In this document: positions 19,888-30,169 of the stretch, one piece after another
Layout: each line of letters opens with the position of its first letter
How positions within the stretch are numbered: the first letter of the stretch is position 1
Origin: Nitrospirota bacterium
GTDB lineage: Bacteria; Nitrospirota; UBA9217
Assembly: GCA_963751455.1 (NCBI GenBank)
Contig: CAVVUN010000001.1
Location: 416,001-480,000 of the forward strand
Reading direction: 5' to 3'
DNA: 64,000 bases
The notes under the pieces: model-generated
Told to the model about the DNA's origin: nothing
Databases searched by the model: none
Seen by the model: only the letters and a program-made list of their open reading frames with translations
Made by a program: the position numbers and the translations under genes

Positions 19888-20292
19888 ATGGAAACAAATC
19901 TCCTCGATAGAATGCTGCAGACATATCTGGCTGATCAGATTCCGGTAACCATTACTCTCCAGAACAAAATACGGGTATCCGGCAAAATCAGAGCTTTTGA
20001 CAGTTACGTTATAATACTCGAGGATCAGAAGCGCGAGATCGTGTATCGCCATGCCGTTTCCTGCTTAAGCATGACGGGACATGACGAGCAAAGGCGTTCT
20101 TCTCCTGTAACCGTAATCCGGCAGCCACAGGCGAAAAGCGCAATGAAAAATTCCAAACCCCCTGTTCACAAAGCCAAACCCTCACCCCCGCCTCAGGTCG
20201 TTCTTGCGGCATCCTCAAACGAAACATGTATCAACAGCAGCATGAAAGAAGGTCTTCTCAAGTGGATGCAGGAGCAAAGGGCGGCAAAATAG
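19888..20292 (+). CDS. Hfq-like protein with a disordered tail
   Basis: NLLDRML..IPVTITLQNKIRVSGKIRAFDSYVIIL..IVYRHAVSCL. Confidence 0.82.
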   Translation: METNLLDRMLQTYLADQIPVTITLQNKIRVSGKIRAFDSYVIILEDQKREIVYRHAVSCLSMTGHDEQRRSSPVTVIRQPQAKSAMKNSKPPVHKAKPSPPPQVVLAASSNETCINSSMKEGLLKWMQEQRAAK

Positions 20293-20293
20293 A

Positions 20294-21841
20294 ATGAACA
20301 TTCGCAGTAGCGCTCTCGCCGCGGCATCCGGTCTGCTGCTCGCGATGACATTTCCCACGGTCGATATGCACCTGTTCGCATGGATCGGCCTTATCCCTCT
20401 TTTCCTGGCTCTCAAAAAACAGTCCGTCAAAACGGCCTTCCAGCTCGGCGGCATAACCGGAATAGTCTATTTCGCCGGGACTGTCCATTGGGTCACCAAT
20501 TCCGTGCATTTTTTCGGAAACATACCGCTCATTCCCGCTTCGTTAATAACTTTGCTGCTGTGCGCGTACCTGGCGCTTTACCTCGCCCTGTTCGCTGCAG
20601 CCGTTGTCCGTTTGAAGCCCCGCTACCCGTCTCTTGTCTTTGTCGCCGCGCCCGCGCTCTGGACGGCACTCGAGCTTGCGCGCACCTATGTTTTCAGCGG
20701 TTTTCCGTGGTCGCTGCTCGGCTATTCTCAGTACCGAGCTCTGCCGGTCATCCAGATATCTGACATAACCGGCGTTTATGGCGTCTCGTTCCTGATTGTT
20801 CTCGTCAATGTTTCGCTGTCTGAATTCATATTGGACAGGAGACGCTACGCCGGTATCATTGTCTCCTCGATCATGCTGGTGCTCGTCCTGGCTTACGGCT
20901 ATCACCAGTTGCGCGCGCCGATGAGTCCTGAAAGCCTGTCAATAGCGGTCGTTCAAGGAAACATCGAACAGGACAAAAAATGGGATCCTGCGTACCAGGC
21001 AGCCACGATAGCGGTTTACCGCCGGCTTACCCGGAATGCGCTTAAGGACAATCCGGCGCTCGTGATCTGGCCGGAAACCGCGATGCCCTTCTATTTTACC
21101 GGTGATAATCCGGTAGATCGGAAGCTGACCTCCGATCTCAAGGAATTCGTCAAGGAAAACGGCACTCCCCTCCTCTTCGGAAGCCCTACATACGAGCTTC
21201 GACCGAAGAGGCAGGTTGCCCTGCGCAACTCCGCATTTCTGCTTTCGAAGACTGGCGACATCGACCAGGTCTATCATAAGCATCACCTTGTGCCCTTCGG
21301 AGAATATGTGCCTGTGAAAAAAATTCTTTTCTTCGTAGAGAAAATGGTCCAGGCAATCGGCGATTTCGAATCCGGAAAAGATTATACGGTGATGACGATC
21401 CCTGTTGCCGCTTCCGGGAGTGTTGAAGTGAGCACCGTCATCTGCTATGAAATCATCTTTCCCGATCTCGTACGAAGGTTTGTCGACAACGGAGCACGCA
21501 TAGTTACGACAATTACGAACGATGCATGGTTCGGTAAAACCGCAGCACCGTACCAGCATTTTTCCATGGCAGTATTCCGGGCAATCGAGAACCGCGTGCC
21601 CATAGCGCGCGCTGCAAATACCGGCATCTCCGGCTTCATCGACTCTCGCGGAAACATTCTCGCGGTTTCCCCTCTGTTCACCGAAGCCGTCATGACAGGC
21701 CGGCTTTCACCCGGCACTACAAGAACATTCTATACCAGCCATGGGGACCTTTTTTCCTACGCGTGTCTCCTGTTCAGCCTGGCGATACTGCTCTTTACAT
21801 ACAAGCGGACTCCTGATGTGAATCCGGCTCGTAAACATTGA
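20294..21841 (+). CDS. lnt: Apolipoprotein N-acyltransferase
   Basis: GFPW, VQGNI, WPETA, YHKHHLVPFGEYVP, ICYE, TNDAWFG and RAANTGIS motifs. Confidence 0.96.
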   Translation: MNIRSSALAAASGLLLAMTFPTVDMHLFAWIGLIPLFLALKKQSVKTAFQLGGITGIVYFAGTVHWVTNSVHFFGNIPLIPASLITLLLCAYLALYLALFAAAVVRLKPRYPSLVFVAAPALWTALELARTYVFSGFPWSLLGYSQYRALPVIQISDITGVYGVSFLIVLVNVSLSEFILDRRRYAGIIVSSIMLVLVLAYGYHQLRAPMSPESLSIAVVQGNIEQDKKWDPAYQAATIAVYRRLTRNALKDNPALVIWPETAMPFYFTGDNPVDRKLTSDLKEFVKENGTPLLFGSPTYELRPKRQVALRNSAFLLSKTGDIDQVYHKHHLVPFGEYVPVKKILFFVEKMVQAIGDFESGKDYTVMTIPVAASGSVEVSTVICYEIIFPDLVRRFVDNGARIVTTITNDAWFGKTAAPYQHFSMAVFRAIENRVPIARAANTGISGFIDSRGNILAVSPLFTEAVMTGRLSPGTTRTFYTSHGDLFSYACLLFSLAILLFTYKRTPDVNPARKH

Positions 21842-21932
21842 TATTCACCGATACTTTGTTTTTTCCCTTCTGTGTGATATAATTCCGAAACTAAACGGAC
21901 ACCATTCCGAGAAAAGCAGCCAGGAGAATTTC

Positions 21933-23067
21933 ATGCTGATAGAAGATCTGAAACAGCAAATCGACGAGATCAAGAACAGGCTCGAAATCCTGCGGAGGCA
22001 TCTTTGACACCCCGGTCAAGGAAGCAAAACTAGCCGAGCTTACCCGCCTCACGGAAACAGCCGGATTCTGGAATAATACTGACAAAGCAAACGCGATACT
22101 GAAGGAAAAAGCGGCGATCGAGCGCTCGCTCAGGGACTGGAGGTCCATTTCACGGCGTGTCGGGGACCTCGAGGCCATGGCCGAGCTCGCTTCAGAAGAA
22201 GGCGGCGATTCGATGCGCTCCGAGTTGCAGCGGGAAAACGATGTCATTATGAATGAAATAGCGACCGCCGAGGTTGCGGCGCTTCTGTCCGGCGAGCAGG
22301 ACCTTTCTAACGGCATCATTTCAATCCATCCTGGCGCGGGCGGCACCGAGGCCCAGGATTGGGCTGAAATGCTCATGAGAATGTACCTCCGCTGGGCCGA
22401 GAAGCGCGGTTACCGGACCGAAATACTCGATTACCAGAACGGCGAAGAAGCCGGCGTCAAATCGGTCACGTTCATGGTTTCCGGGGATTATGCCTACGGC
22501 AGAATGAAAGCAGAGGCCGGGGTCCATCGCCTCGTCCGCATATCTCCATTTGACGCCAACAAGCGGAGACATACCTCATTTGCCTCGGTATTTGTATACC
22601 CGGAGGTCGAAGACGATATCGACATCGTAATCGACGATAAGGAACTGCGCATTGACACATACCGGGCGTCGAGCGCAGGCGGTCAGCACGTGAATAAAAC
22701 CGATTCCGCAGTCCGGATCACGCATCTTCCGACCAACATCGTCGTACAGTGTCAGAACGAGCGATCGCAGCTCAAGAACAAGAATGTGGCCATGAAAGTG
22801 CTGCGCTCACGGCTGTATGAATTACGGAAGAAGGAACAAGAAGAAAAACTCGGCAAGCTGGTCAGTGAGAAGAAAGACATTGCCTGGGGGAGCCAGATCA
22901 GGTCCTATGTGTTCCAGCCGTATCAACTGGTCAAGGACCATCGCACCGGCGTTGAAGTCGGCCAGGTAACAGCGGTCATGGACGGAGATATCGACCAGTT
23001 CATCGAGTCCTATCTCATCATGAGCAGCGGAACGAAAAGCGAAAACCCGGTAGACAACAGACAGTAG
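21933..23067 (+). CDS. prfB: Peptide chain release factor 2 with programmed +1 frameshift
   Basis: ATG 21933, 24 codons to CTT TGA C (22002-22008), preceded by an internal GGAGG; the +1 frame carries SPF and GGQ motifs. Confidence 0.97.
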
Positions 23068-23135
23068 ACTGGAGACAGGGATACAAAACACGCGAAAAAA
23101 GCTGATTCACGCTGCTTACTGCATGCTGTCTACCG
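23048..23135. repeat. Period-7 repeat hairpin (AGACAGT family) overlapping the prfB stop codon
   Basis: cggtagacaacagacagtagactggagacagg faces ctgcttactgcatgctgtctaccg. Confidence 0.7.
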
Positions 23136-23306
23136 TATTCTATTGCATCAGTTAACGGTGACTGAAATATAATTGAACCCAAGGATTCCCAACAAGGACT
23201 GTCATCGTGGGAATTGCGAAGACGGAACCCATACCCAATGCAGCTGCTAAAGGGCCGCTCTGGGAATCGCTGGCCGAATTCTCCTGAATATGCAATCGAA
23301 ACGAGA

Positions 23307-24290
23307 TTATCTCGTCTTTTTTGGAATTCCGACATAATATAGATCAAACCCGCCTTTGCCGCCGGGACGGTTTGAAGAAAAAATCATTAAATCATTTGAA
23401 TAACCCCACGCATAGACAACAACGGGGCGATATTCATCATAAGCCGTATTGATGGATTGGCCGAAATTAACAGGCGTCGACCATCCGCCCGTGCCATATG
23501 TTGAATAGTAGAGATCGTACCCGCCATACCCGCCGGGCCTGTCCGACGTAAAAACGAGGAGTGTTCCATTTATGTAAGGGCATTTGTCATTATTTGAGGT
23601 GCTCAAAGCCTCGTCTTTTGTTATAATTACATTCCCCGTGCCCGTTAACCACGTCAGTACATCTGCTCCTTCCGGGACAGTAGTTTGATAGATGTCGAAA
23701 TCCCCTCCTCTATTCGAGGTAAAATAAATCGAGTTGTCCGGACCGAACGTAGGATAGGCGTCATCAGATGTTGAGTTGAGAGCGTTCGATACGTTGACAA
23801 TTCCATCACTTTCAAGATGATAAATATCTAAATCCCCGTTCATATCGCTCGCATATAAATAGAGTTTTTCGTTCTCGGATAGGTACACTAAAGCAGGACC
23901 GTATTCATTCGAAGGAGAATTGGTCCCCGGCCAAACCATATCACCAGACACAGGTGACACTTCCATGCTGAAATCCCCGTCATTCTGACGATTATAGTAT
24001 CCATGGACGAGCATACTTTCAATATCAAAAGTCCCTCCCTGGGTATCCCTGTTTGAAGAAAAGTACAATGGGAAATACCCCTCCAGAATGGGTCCCGGTC
24101 CGGAGTTGAAATCGTCGAATTCGCTGTTCACAGCGGAGAAGGGCGTAACTATTTCCGTGATTGCGGCGTTGATTTCTGTGTCCTCATTTTTTTTCAAATC
24201 CAGGCACGCAGACGCAGAGAACTGAAGAGTCGCCAATATGGCAAGGAGCAGATGCCGGCAACCTGGAGGGAAATAATTACGAATTTTCAT
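23307..24290 (-). CDS. Exported/lipoprotein with PD40 (TolB-like) repeats
   Basis: Repeated YFSSNR/YFTSNRGG/FTSDRPGG.GGYDLY/FSSNRPGGKGGFDLY motifs. Confidence 0.85.
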   Translation of the reverse strand: MKIRNYFPPGCRHLLLAILATLQFSASACLDLKKNEDTEINAAITEIVTPFSAVNSEFDDFNSGPGPILEGYFPLYFSSNRDTQGGTFDIESMLVHGYYNRQNDGDFSMEVSPVSGDMVWPGTNSPSNEYGPALVYLSENEKLYLYASDMNGDLDIYHLESDGIVNVSNALNSTSDDAYPTFGPDNSIYFTSNRGGDFDIYQTTVPEGADVLTWLTGTGNVIITKDEALSTSNNDKCPYINGTLLVFTSDRPGGYGGYDLYYSTYGTGGWSTPVNFGQSINTAYDEYRPVVVYAWGYSNDLMIFSSNRPGGKGGFDLYYVGIPKKTR

Positions 24291-24423
24291 CGTCGACTCC
24301 TATAAAGGGAACTAAGCAGGATCACATTTCATCTGGCGCTTTTGTGACCTGATTAGATCTGTGACCTGATTAGAATTGACGTGAGTAATTAAGATGGGCT
24401 CAGGTGTTTGACTATCGCAAGTT

Positions 24424-24735
24424 TCACTCGAAAACGACCCTATACAGAACAAAAGGCAAGACGACAGGAAAAAACACGAGCGTATCAAGAAGAAAACTGA
24501 ATGGGAGATCGAGTTTGGGATAGCTAGGCGGTTCTACTCCATGCTTTTGTTTATACCTTTGAAGAACGCGTTCATTCTTTGAGATTGCGTGAATATCAAG
24601 CCTGGTGCCGCTGTAGATCAAAGGGCTCCCCTCACTGAAATGAGTTACAGTTCTTGCGGTCGCGCAGTTTGTTGTTAGCATCAGAAAAACTGCTAAGATA
24701 GAAAGTAATCGCATTATTTTCATCCTTATTCTCAA
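24424..24735 (-). CDS. YceK/YidQ-like lipoprotein
   Basis: TNCAT..IYSGTRLD..DLPFSFLLDTLVFFP. Confidence 0.8.
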   Translation of the reverse strand: MRIRMKIMRLLSILAVFLMLTTNCATARTVTHFSEGSPLIYSGTRLDIHAISKNERVLQRYKQKHGVEPPSYPKLDLPFSFLLDTLVFFPVVLPFVLYRVVFE

Positions 24736-25382
24736 TTAATACCAATTCCAAGGTACACTGCAGTAAAAGATGATCCATCAGGCTCTCCTTCGTGACCTGA
24801 ATAGAATTGTCGCGAATAATCAAGATTAAGTGAGACTTTCAGGCGTTCGCCGAGCGGTATGGCATAGCCCACGCCGCCCAAAAGCCCATATCCATGAATT
24901 CTGCTTGTTCCTGTCGAACCTGATACGCTAAATGTCGCTATAAAATCCGATCTTCCACCCCCAGCCCTGATAAAAAACCTCTCTCCTGTTGGATAGTGTG
25001 TAAACATTAAAAAATAATTACTTATCTGGAGGGAGCCTTCAATTTTACCTGATAGACCTATAGCTTCCCCTTCCTGTCTTACAGCGGTGTAATCAAAACC
25101 AAAAAAAGTATTCGGATATATTCTGATTCCGGCCTTTAAATTAGCGGTTACTTTCGGTGTCTTGTCGAATCCATTAGCGTCCATTGCTTTATCAAAAGTA
25201 ATTGAATATTGATTATCCCTCTCATATCTCGCATCGATAGCGGTGCCGAGACCTAACCCTAGATACCAATTATCTAACTGATGATTCTCAGCATTACTTT
25301 TTTGGGGCAGGGTTAAACATAATAAAATGCACGAGAGAATTAAGATTCGCTTAAGCATATTTTTCTCCATTTGTAAAATCAT
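24732..25382 (-). CDS. Outer-membrane beta-barrel protein
   Basis: Signal peptide and amphipathic strands (WYLGLGLG, FFIRAGGG, LGGVGY). Confidence 0.75.
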   Translation of the reverse strand: MILQMEKNMLKRILILSCILLCLTLPQKSNAENHQLDNWYLGLGLGTAIDARYERDNQYSITFDKAMDANGFDKTPKVTANLKAGIRIYPNTFFGFDYTAVRQEGEAIGLSGKIEGSLQISNYFLMFTHYPTGERFFIRAGGGRSDFIATFSVSGSTGTSRIHGYGLLGGVGYAIPLGERLKVSLNLDYSRQFYSGHEGEPDGSSFTAVYLGIGIN

Positions 25383-25412
25383 ATAACAAACTCCCGCCGC
25401 TGATTGATTAGT

Positions 25413-25790
25413 CTAAATTTCCACTGGTTCTGTTTTATTCTTATTAAAAATTTCAATCCGCACTGTTTGGGTTTCACCGGCAGCATTAAATGTTACCGTG
25501 TCAAGAAGAATTCTGTTATCGTTATCATCTATCTGTCGCACCTTATAAACATAGGGCGGCACAGGCACATCATAATTGAATTCACTATAAAGGACGCAGC
25601 TAATCTGCTGCAAGTCGCCTACGCGATTGTCAGTTGAAGCATCAACAATCTCGATATCGAGAGAATCAAGGCCCATGCATATAACTTGTATTCGGCTCAT
25701 ATTATTAGCAAGTGGTCCGGGTTTGTCAGTACATCCCGCTATAAAAAAGCTGATGACGAGAAGCATTATCCAGAGTTTTGCCGACTTCAT
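25413..25790 (-). CDS. Hypothetical lipoprotein
   Basis: Lipobox IAGC; GGAG SD. Confidence 0.7.
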   Translation of the reverse strand: MKSAKLWIMLLVISFFIAGCTDKPGPLANNMSRIQVICMGLDSLDIEIVDASTDNRVGDLQQISCVLYSEFNYDVPVPPYVYKVRQIDDNDNRILLDTVTFNAAGETQTVRIEIFNKNKTEPVEI

Positions 25791-25850
25791 ATGTTTCTCC
25801 TCTCATTTACTTATTCTCACTTTTAAGTTCTAAAGAGTCGCTTTTAAGTT

Positions 25851-27167
25851 TTAAAGAGTCGTTGCAATAAATGGCACATTGAGCGGCATTGGAGCCAACG
25901 CATCACGGTATACTCGAAGCAATATGGCATTACCTGTATTATGTGCGATAAGATTTTGAAGGCTGGTGACTCTACTATTTGAACTCAGAATTAAATCAGA
26001 TTCTTCATTAACAATCGCAATCAAAAGGATGTAATTTCTCGAAGAACCAACAAATTCGCTTAAGGGAATAGAAAAATTAAAACTTACGGTTAAGCTATCG
26101 GGAATCGTATCAACAGATAAAAAGGTACGACCCTCTCCTTCCTCAGGCGCAATTTGGCCAACAATGGTTTTCCCGATCCAGAGTTCATTAGGAACAGTTG
26201 TTGTGATTGTAAAATCTTTCGTAGGGAGTGAATAATTTAAGTCAAAAGAAGATACCCGAAAAAGATTATATTCTTCAGAAACATCTTTCAATTTTATGTA
26301 ATCCGCTGCAAAAGTTGTTATGTTAAATGTCTGTGATGGAGGAACATCAGCAAAGAGTTTCATCTTCAAACGTTCTTTACGAGAACATCCTGGACAAGTA
26401 ACTTCCTGAGGCACAATAGTAAGAGTGCGATTGACACCATCGTGAATATAATAGCCTGTAACAACATATTTTGGATATTGCGCTGTTTTAGCACTCATTG
26501 AACCATCCGTATTAATACCAACGACAAATGCAGAACTATTGTGACTGCCAGCAAAGAAATAATTACCTGTATTCACTTCGCTGCCGGAGATCGCGATTAC
26601 CGGCTTCAACATATAGCCCTGACCAAGCGCATAATGCACCGATTGACCCGGGTCGAGATCGATATCAAGAGTATAAAGCTTGCCAGAAGGAATTGAAAAA
26701 ATGCCGTCTATTTTTATGCCTGTCTGCTCTCCACTCGGTACAATAAGAGGCTGCCGGGTTCCATCGGTGAAAGTAATTGTAGTATTCGAATCAAGGATCA
26801 GACGAATTTGTTTATAAAGACCGGGCGCCACCATGGTGTGTGCAAGAACCACCGGATTGTTATTTGTCAGATCAAGCAGATTAAAGGATTGTGGCTCAGA
26901 AGAAATTACAATCTTGTTATCGTTTATATCGATAATTTGTGTTTCAATAACCCTCATATCAATTCTGCTTATCGTGCTACCCTCTACGAGCGTATCGTGA
27001 AAAGTAATTTTTAATTCAGCTAATCCACTTGACCTGTTATTATTGCAACTCAATGAAAAAAGGAGGAGGAGTAACAGTGAATAACCTGCTATCACATTAT
27101 TAACTGTATTTTTTTGCCTTTTCATATAAGATTCTCCTTTTCGCTGCATATTATCAGCAGACTTCAT
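25851..27167 (-). CDS. DUF4382-domain lipoprotein
   Basis: Lipobox; FNLLDL..G.YKQIRL..L.VPSGEQTGIKI..DLDPGQSV..LKPVI. The start may be the downstream MKRQ. Confidence 0.8.
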   Translation of the reverse strand: MKSADNMQRKGESYMKRQKNTVNNVIAGYSLLLLLLFSLSCNNNRSSGLAELKITFHDTLVEGSTISRIDMRVIETQIIDINDNKIVISSEPQSFNLLDLTNNNPVVLAHTMVAPGLYKQIRLILDSNTTITFTDGTRQPLIVPSGEQTGIKIDGIFSIPSGKLYTLDIDLDPGQSVHYALGQGYMLKPVIAISGSEVNTGNYFFAGSHNSSAFVVGINTDGSMSAKTAQYPKYVVTGYYIHDGVNRTLTIVPQEVTCPGCSRKERLKMKLFADVPPSQTFNITTFAADYIKLKDVSEEYNLFRVSSFDLNYSLPTKDFTITTTVPNELWIGKTIVGQIAPEEGEGRTFLSVDTIPDSLTVSFNFSIPLSEFVGSSRNYILLIAIVNEESDLILSSNSRVTSLQNLIAHNTGNAILLRVYRDALAPMPLNVPFIATTL

Positions 27168-27473
27168 GCGCTGAATTAAGACGGAAGACGCTGATAAGCA
27201 TTTGATTTTTTTGGAAAAAAATAAAAGAATCTAAATTTCTCGTACTAAAGCATCTGACTCAAATTAAATAGCAAAAGATGATAAAAAGCAAGTTTTTTTC
27301 AGGGTATTTTTGGGGTATTAACGAAAATTTCAGTTTGTTGCGCTTTGTTGCGCTTCAAATCCGAAAGTTATGAGGGGTTCTTGCAGTTAGTTACTCTGCC
27401 TTTTCATTTGCGAAATCAGCGTAATCTGCGGATATGACTTGAAAACTTTCCGATTCCACATTCCGCAATCGAG

Positions 27474-29267
27474 TCATATTCCCACTATCTGCGGGGAGCG
27501 GGCATCCATGTATTTTTTTACACCTTCAAAAAGCGCTTCTGCTATCTTTTGTCGGTACGAGTCCTTGCGGAGCAGCTGTTCCTCCTCCGCGTTACTGATG
27601 AAACCCACCTCGGCAAGAATACTCGGTATATTGGTATTCATCAGAACATAAAAAAAAGCGCTCTTGACTCCGTGGTTCACAATGCCGCGCTGGAGCGGTT
27701 TCATCATATCGATAAGCGAGCCCTGGACCGTGCCCGCGAGTTGAATCGATTCTTCAATTTTGTTATCTATCTTCAAGTCCTTCAGCATCTTGTCCACTTC
27801 CGAATCCAGCTCGCTCAAACTTCTCGTGGACATTGCGTTTTCACGGGCAGCTGTCGCCATTGCCTCGCGGTCCGAGGCCTTCAACCCCTGCACATAGGTC
27901 TCGATGCCCCTTGTCTTTTTCTTCCGGTTTGCATTTACATGGATGGATACGAACAGATCAGCGTTCTGGGACTTTGCGATGAACGGCCGCTGGTCAAGCG
28001 GGATATACACATCACGGTCCCTGGTCATGACCACATTGCATCCGAGCCGCTGTTTTACCAGAACCGCCAGGCGCTTTGCGATGTCCAGCGTAATCTGCTT
28101 TTCTTTCAGCCCGCTCTTTCCGATGGCGCCCGGGTCTTGTCCGCCGTGACCGGCATCAATCGCGATGGTCTTTATTTTAAGACCCATCTGGCGTGAAAGG
28201 GTAAGCCTGCTCCCCTCGTTTTCCAGCTCGGCAGGCTGCGCAGCGTGAATACCGGGCACCGCATGGCCCTTTTTTTCGTCCGCTTTTTCCGCAGTTCCAT
28301 TTTTGACGCTGTCCGTCCCGGCGGACAACGGCTGGCCATTGCCCGAAGTTCCAGTTTCACCTGTCACATCGATAACAAGACGATGGGGATCCAGCAGCCT
28401 GAACGCGGCATAGCTCTTGATGCTTGCAAGGTCCAGAACCACCCGCACTGTGTCGGACGTATATTGCCCTGCACGAACCTGTTTCAGAATGCCGTCATTG
28501 ATGAATATATTGTTTTTGCTTAACTTGCTGTCGGCGCGCGAATTCAGGATATCGAACACCAGACGGTCCGGGTTTCTGAGTTCCTGCACATGGTACTCAA
28601 CCGGTTTTGTCTGATCGATCACGATCCGGGTATACGCGCCCTCGGACCAGTGGCGTATGCTTTTGACAGTGCCGATTTGGCCTTTTTTTCCCACTGTTGC
28701 GATTGCTTGAGGAGAATGGTGTTTGCTATGAAGCCCTGATGCCGCTTTTGCCGTGCCCACGCCAAGGAGTTTTTTTGCTCGCTCGGTCCATGCGCTGTCC
28801 GGATAGGCTTGCGCCAGCCGTGTGTATGTCTTAAGCGCAAGGGCGCCGTCTTTTTTGTAGCCGGCTGTCAGTTCTATGCTGCGAAAAAGGGCTTCCGGAA
28901 TCCTGGCATGGCCGGGATACAGGGACCAGCACTTGTCGTAGGTTGAGATTGATTCATTGAGGTCGCGGGAATATTTATTGAATTGATAGAGCTCTGAATA
29001 TACCTGTGCCCGATCGAAGCAGGCGTCCCCGGCGCTTGGGCTTTTGGGATACTGCTTTTCGACCAGTTCGAAGGTACGAACGCAATCGATCCAGTACGAG
29101 CGGTATTTCTTTTTGTTCGAGGATTTCCTGAGATCGAACAGACGCTGGCAGGCGACAGAGTATTTGCGCCCGGCTTCTGAATCATAAGACGGGTAGGCAG
29201 GAACGGAAATGAGCAGCACGATAAAGCATGCTACGGAGGCCGCGATAAGACGGCCATAACTCTTCAT
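27474..29267 (-). CDS. N-acetylmuramoyl-L-alanine amidase (TPR-like, AMIN, Amidase_3)
   Basis: IAIDAGHGGQDPGA, EK, FVSIHVNA and LAEVGFISN motifs; AMIN motif PDRLVFD. Confidence 0.93.
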   Translation of the reverse strand: MKSYGRLIAASVACFIVLLISVPAYPSYDSEAGRKYSVACQRLFDLRKSSNKKKYRSYWIDCVRTFELVEKQYPKSPSAGDACFDRAQVYSELYQFNKYSRDLNESISTYDKCWSLYPGHARIPEALFRSIELTAGYKKDGALALKTYTRLAQAYPDSAWTERAKKLLGVGTAKAASGLHSKHHSPQAIATVGKKGQIGTVKSIRHWSEGAYTRIVIDQTKPVEYHVQELRNPDRLVFDILNSRADSKLSKNNIFINDGILKQVRAGQYTSDTVRVVLDLASIKSYAAFRLLDPHRLVIDVTGETGTSGNGQPLSAGTDSVKNGTAEKADEKKGHAVPGIHAAQPAELENEGSRLTLSRQMGLKIKTIAIDAGHGGQDPGAIGKSGLKEKQITLDIAKRLAVLVKQRLGCNVVMTRDRDVYIPLDQRPFIAKSQNADLFVSIHVNANRKKKTRGIETYVQGLKASDREAMATAARENAMSTRSLSELDSEVDKMLKDLKIDNKIEESIQLAGTVQGSLIDMMKPLQRGIVNHGVKSAFFYVLMNTNIPSILAEVGFISNAEEEQLLRKDSYRQKIAEALFEGVKKYMDARSPQIVGI

Positions 29268-29308
29268 AATTAATTCGTTTTTTAACCGAATTATCGGGAG
29301 ATGTCAAC

Positions 29309-29335
29309 AAAAAAAGGCCCCGCTGGGGGGCCTTT
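29309..29335 (-). terminator. Intrinsic terminator of the thrS-infC-rpmI-rplT operon
   Basis: aaaggcccc..ggggcc stem followed by a T run on the minus strand. Confidence 0.8.
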
Positions 29336-29363
29336 GACACTTTGACTGACGCTCGGATCTCTG

Positions 29364-29717
29364 CTAGGATGCAGCTTTGGCCGTCTCTACAATCTTGGTA
29401 AAACCAGCCGGGTCCGAAACAGCAAGATCGGCGAGTATTTTTCGGTCAATGGCCACGCCGTTTTTCGTAAGTCCGGCAATCAGCCTGCTGTAGGACATAC
29501 CGTTCAGTCTGGCCGCCGCATTGATGCGCGCGATCCACAACCTCCGGAAATCTCTTTTCCTGGCCTTCCGATCCCTGTACGCGTATTTGAGCGCGCGGTC
29601 GACCGCCTCTGTTGCACTTCTGAACAGCTTCGATTTTGCTCCCCAGTAACCTTCTGCCAGGTTGAGCACCCGTTTTCTTCTGGCCCTCGTCTTGGGGCCG
29701 CCTTTAGCTCTAGGCAT
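29364..29717 (-). CDS. rplT: 50S ribosomal protein L20
   Basis: [26 protein letters not shown]. Confidence 0.98.
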   Translation of the reverse strand: MPRAKGGPKTRARRKRVLNLAEGYWGAKSKLFRSATEAVDRALKYAYRDRKARKRDFRRLWIARINAAARLNGMSYSRLIAGLTKNGVAIDRKILADLAVSDPAGFTKIVETAKAAS

Positions 29718-29745
29718 TGCTTTGTGACCTCCTCGAATTAATCCT

Positions 29746-29815
29746 GATGCACGATGCAGGATCCACGATACACAATAGAAAACCAGCTTCTGTTCTGCAT
29801 CCTGTATACTGAATC
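29746..29815. repeat. Period-7 repeat hairpin (GATGCAG family) between rpmI and rplT
   Basis: gatgcac gatgcag gatccac gatacac faces ctgcatcctgtatactgaatc. Confidence 0.7.
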
Positions 29816-29825
29816 TTTTTACGCG

Positions 29826-30029
29826 TTAGGCGTACGGAAGCATCGCTTTTACATTTTTCAGATTGTCCTTGTGCACTTCCAGCGACCCGGTCAGGCGTCT
29901 CTTGCGGGTCGAGTTTTTGCCCGACAGCAGGTGCCCCTTCCAGCCCTTACGTCTCATGATCTTTCCCGAACCGGTGACCTTCAATCTTTTTGCGGCGCTG
30001 CGGTTTGTCTTTAATTTCATCTTTGCCAT
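29826..30029 (-). CDS. rpmI: 50S ribosomal protein L35
   Basis: KLKTNRSAAKRLKVTGSGKI..HLL..KRRL. Confidence 0.97.
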   Translation of the reverse strand: MAKMKLKTNRSAAKRLKVTGSGKIMRRKGWKGHLLSGKNSTRKRRLTGSLEVHKDNLKNVKAMLPYA

Positions 30030-30169
30030 TTCATTTCCCCTTCTTGCACCCGGTCTAAGTATTACGCATGCGCTAGTGTAGCGCCTGCATCTTTATGTTA
30101 TATCGAATAGTCAATATGTTTACAGCGGAGGTTTTTCCTCTCCGCGGAATTCACTCACGTGATGCGGTA

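Noticed and set aside
21933-22177. In-frame stop in prfB as a pseudogene or sequencing error
   Set aside because: It is the canonical CTT-TGA-C programmed +1 frameshift with an internal SD.
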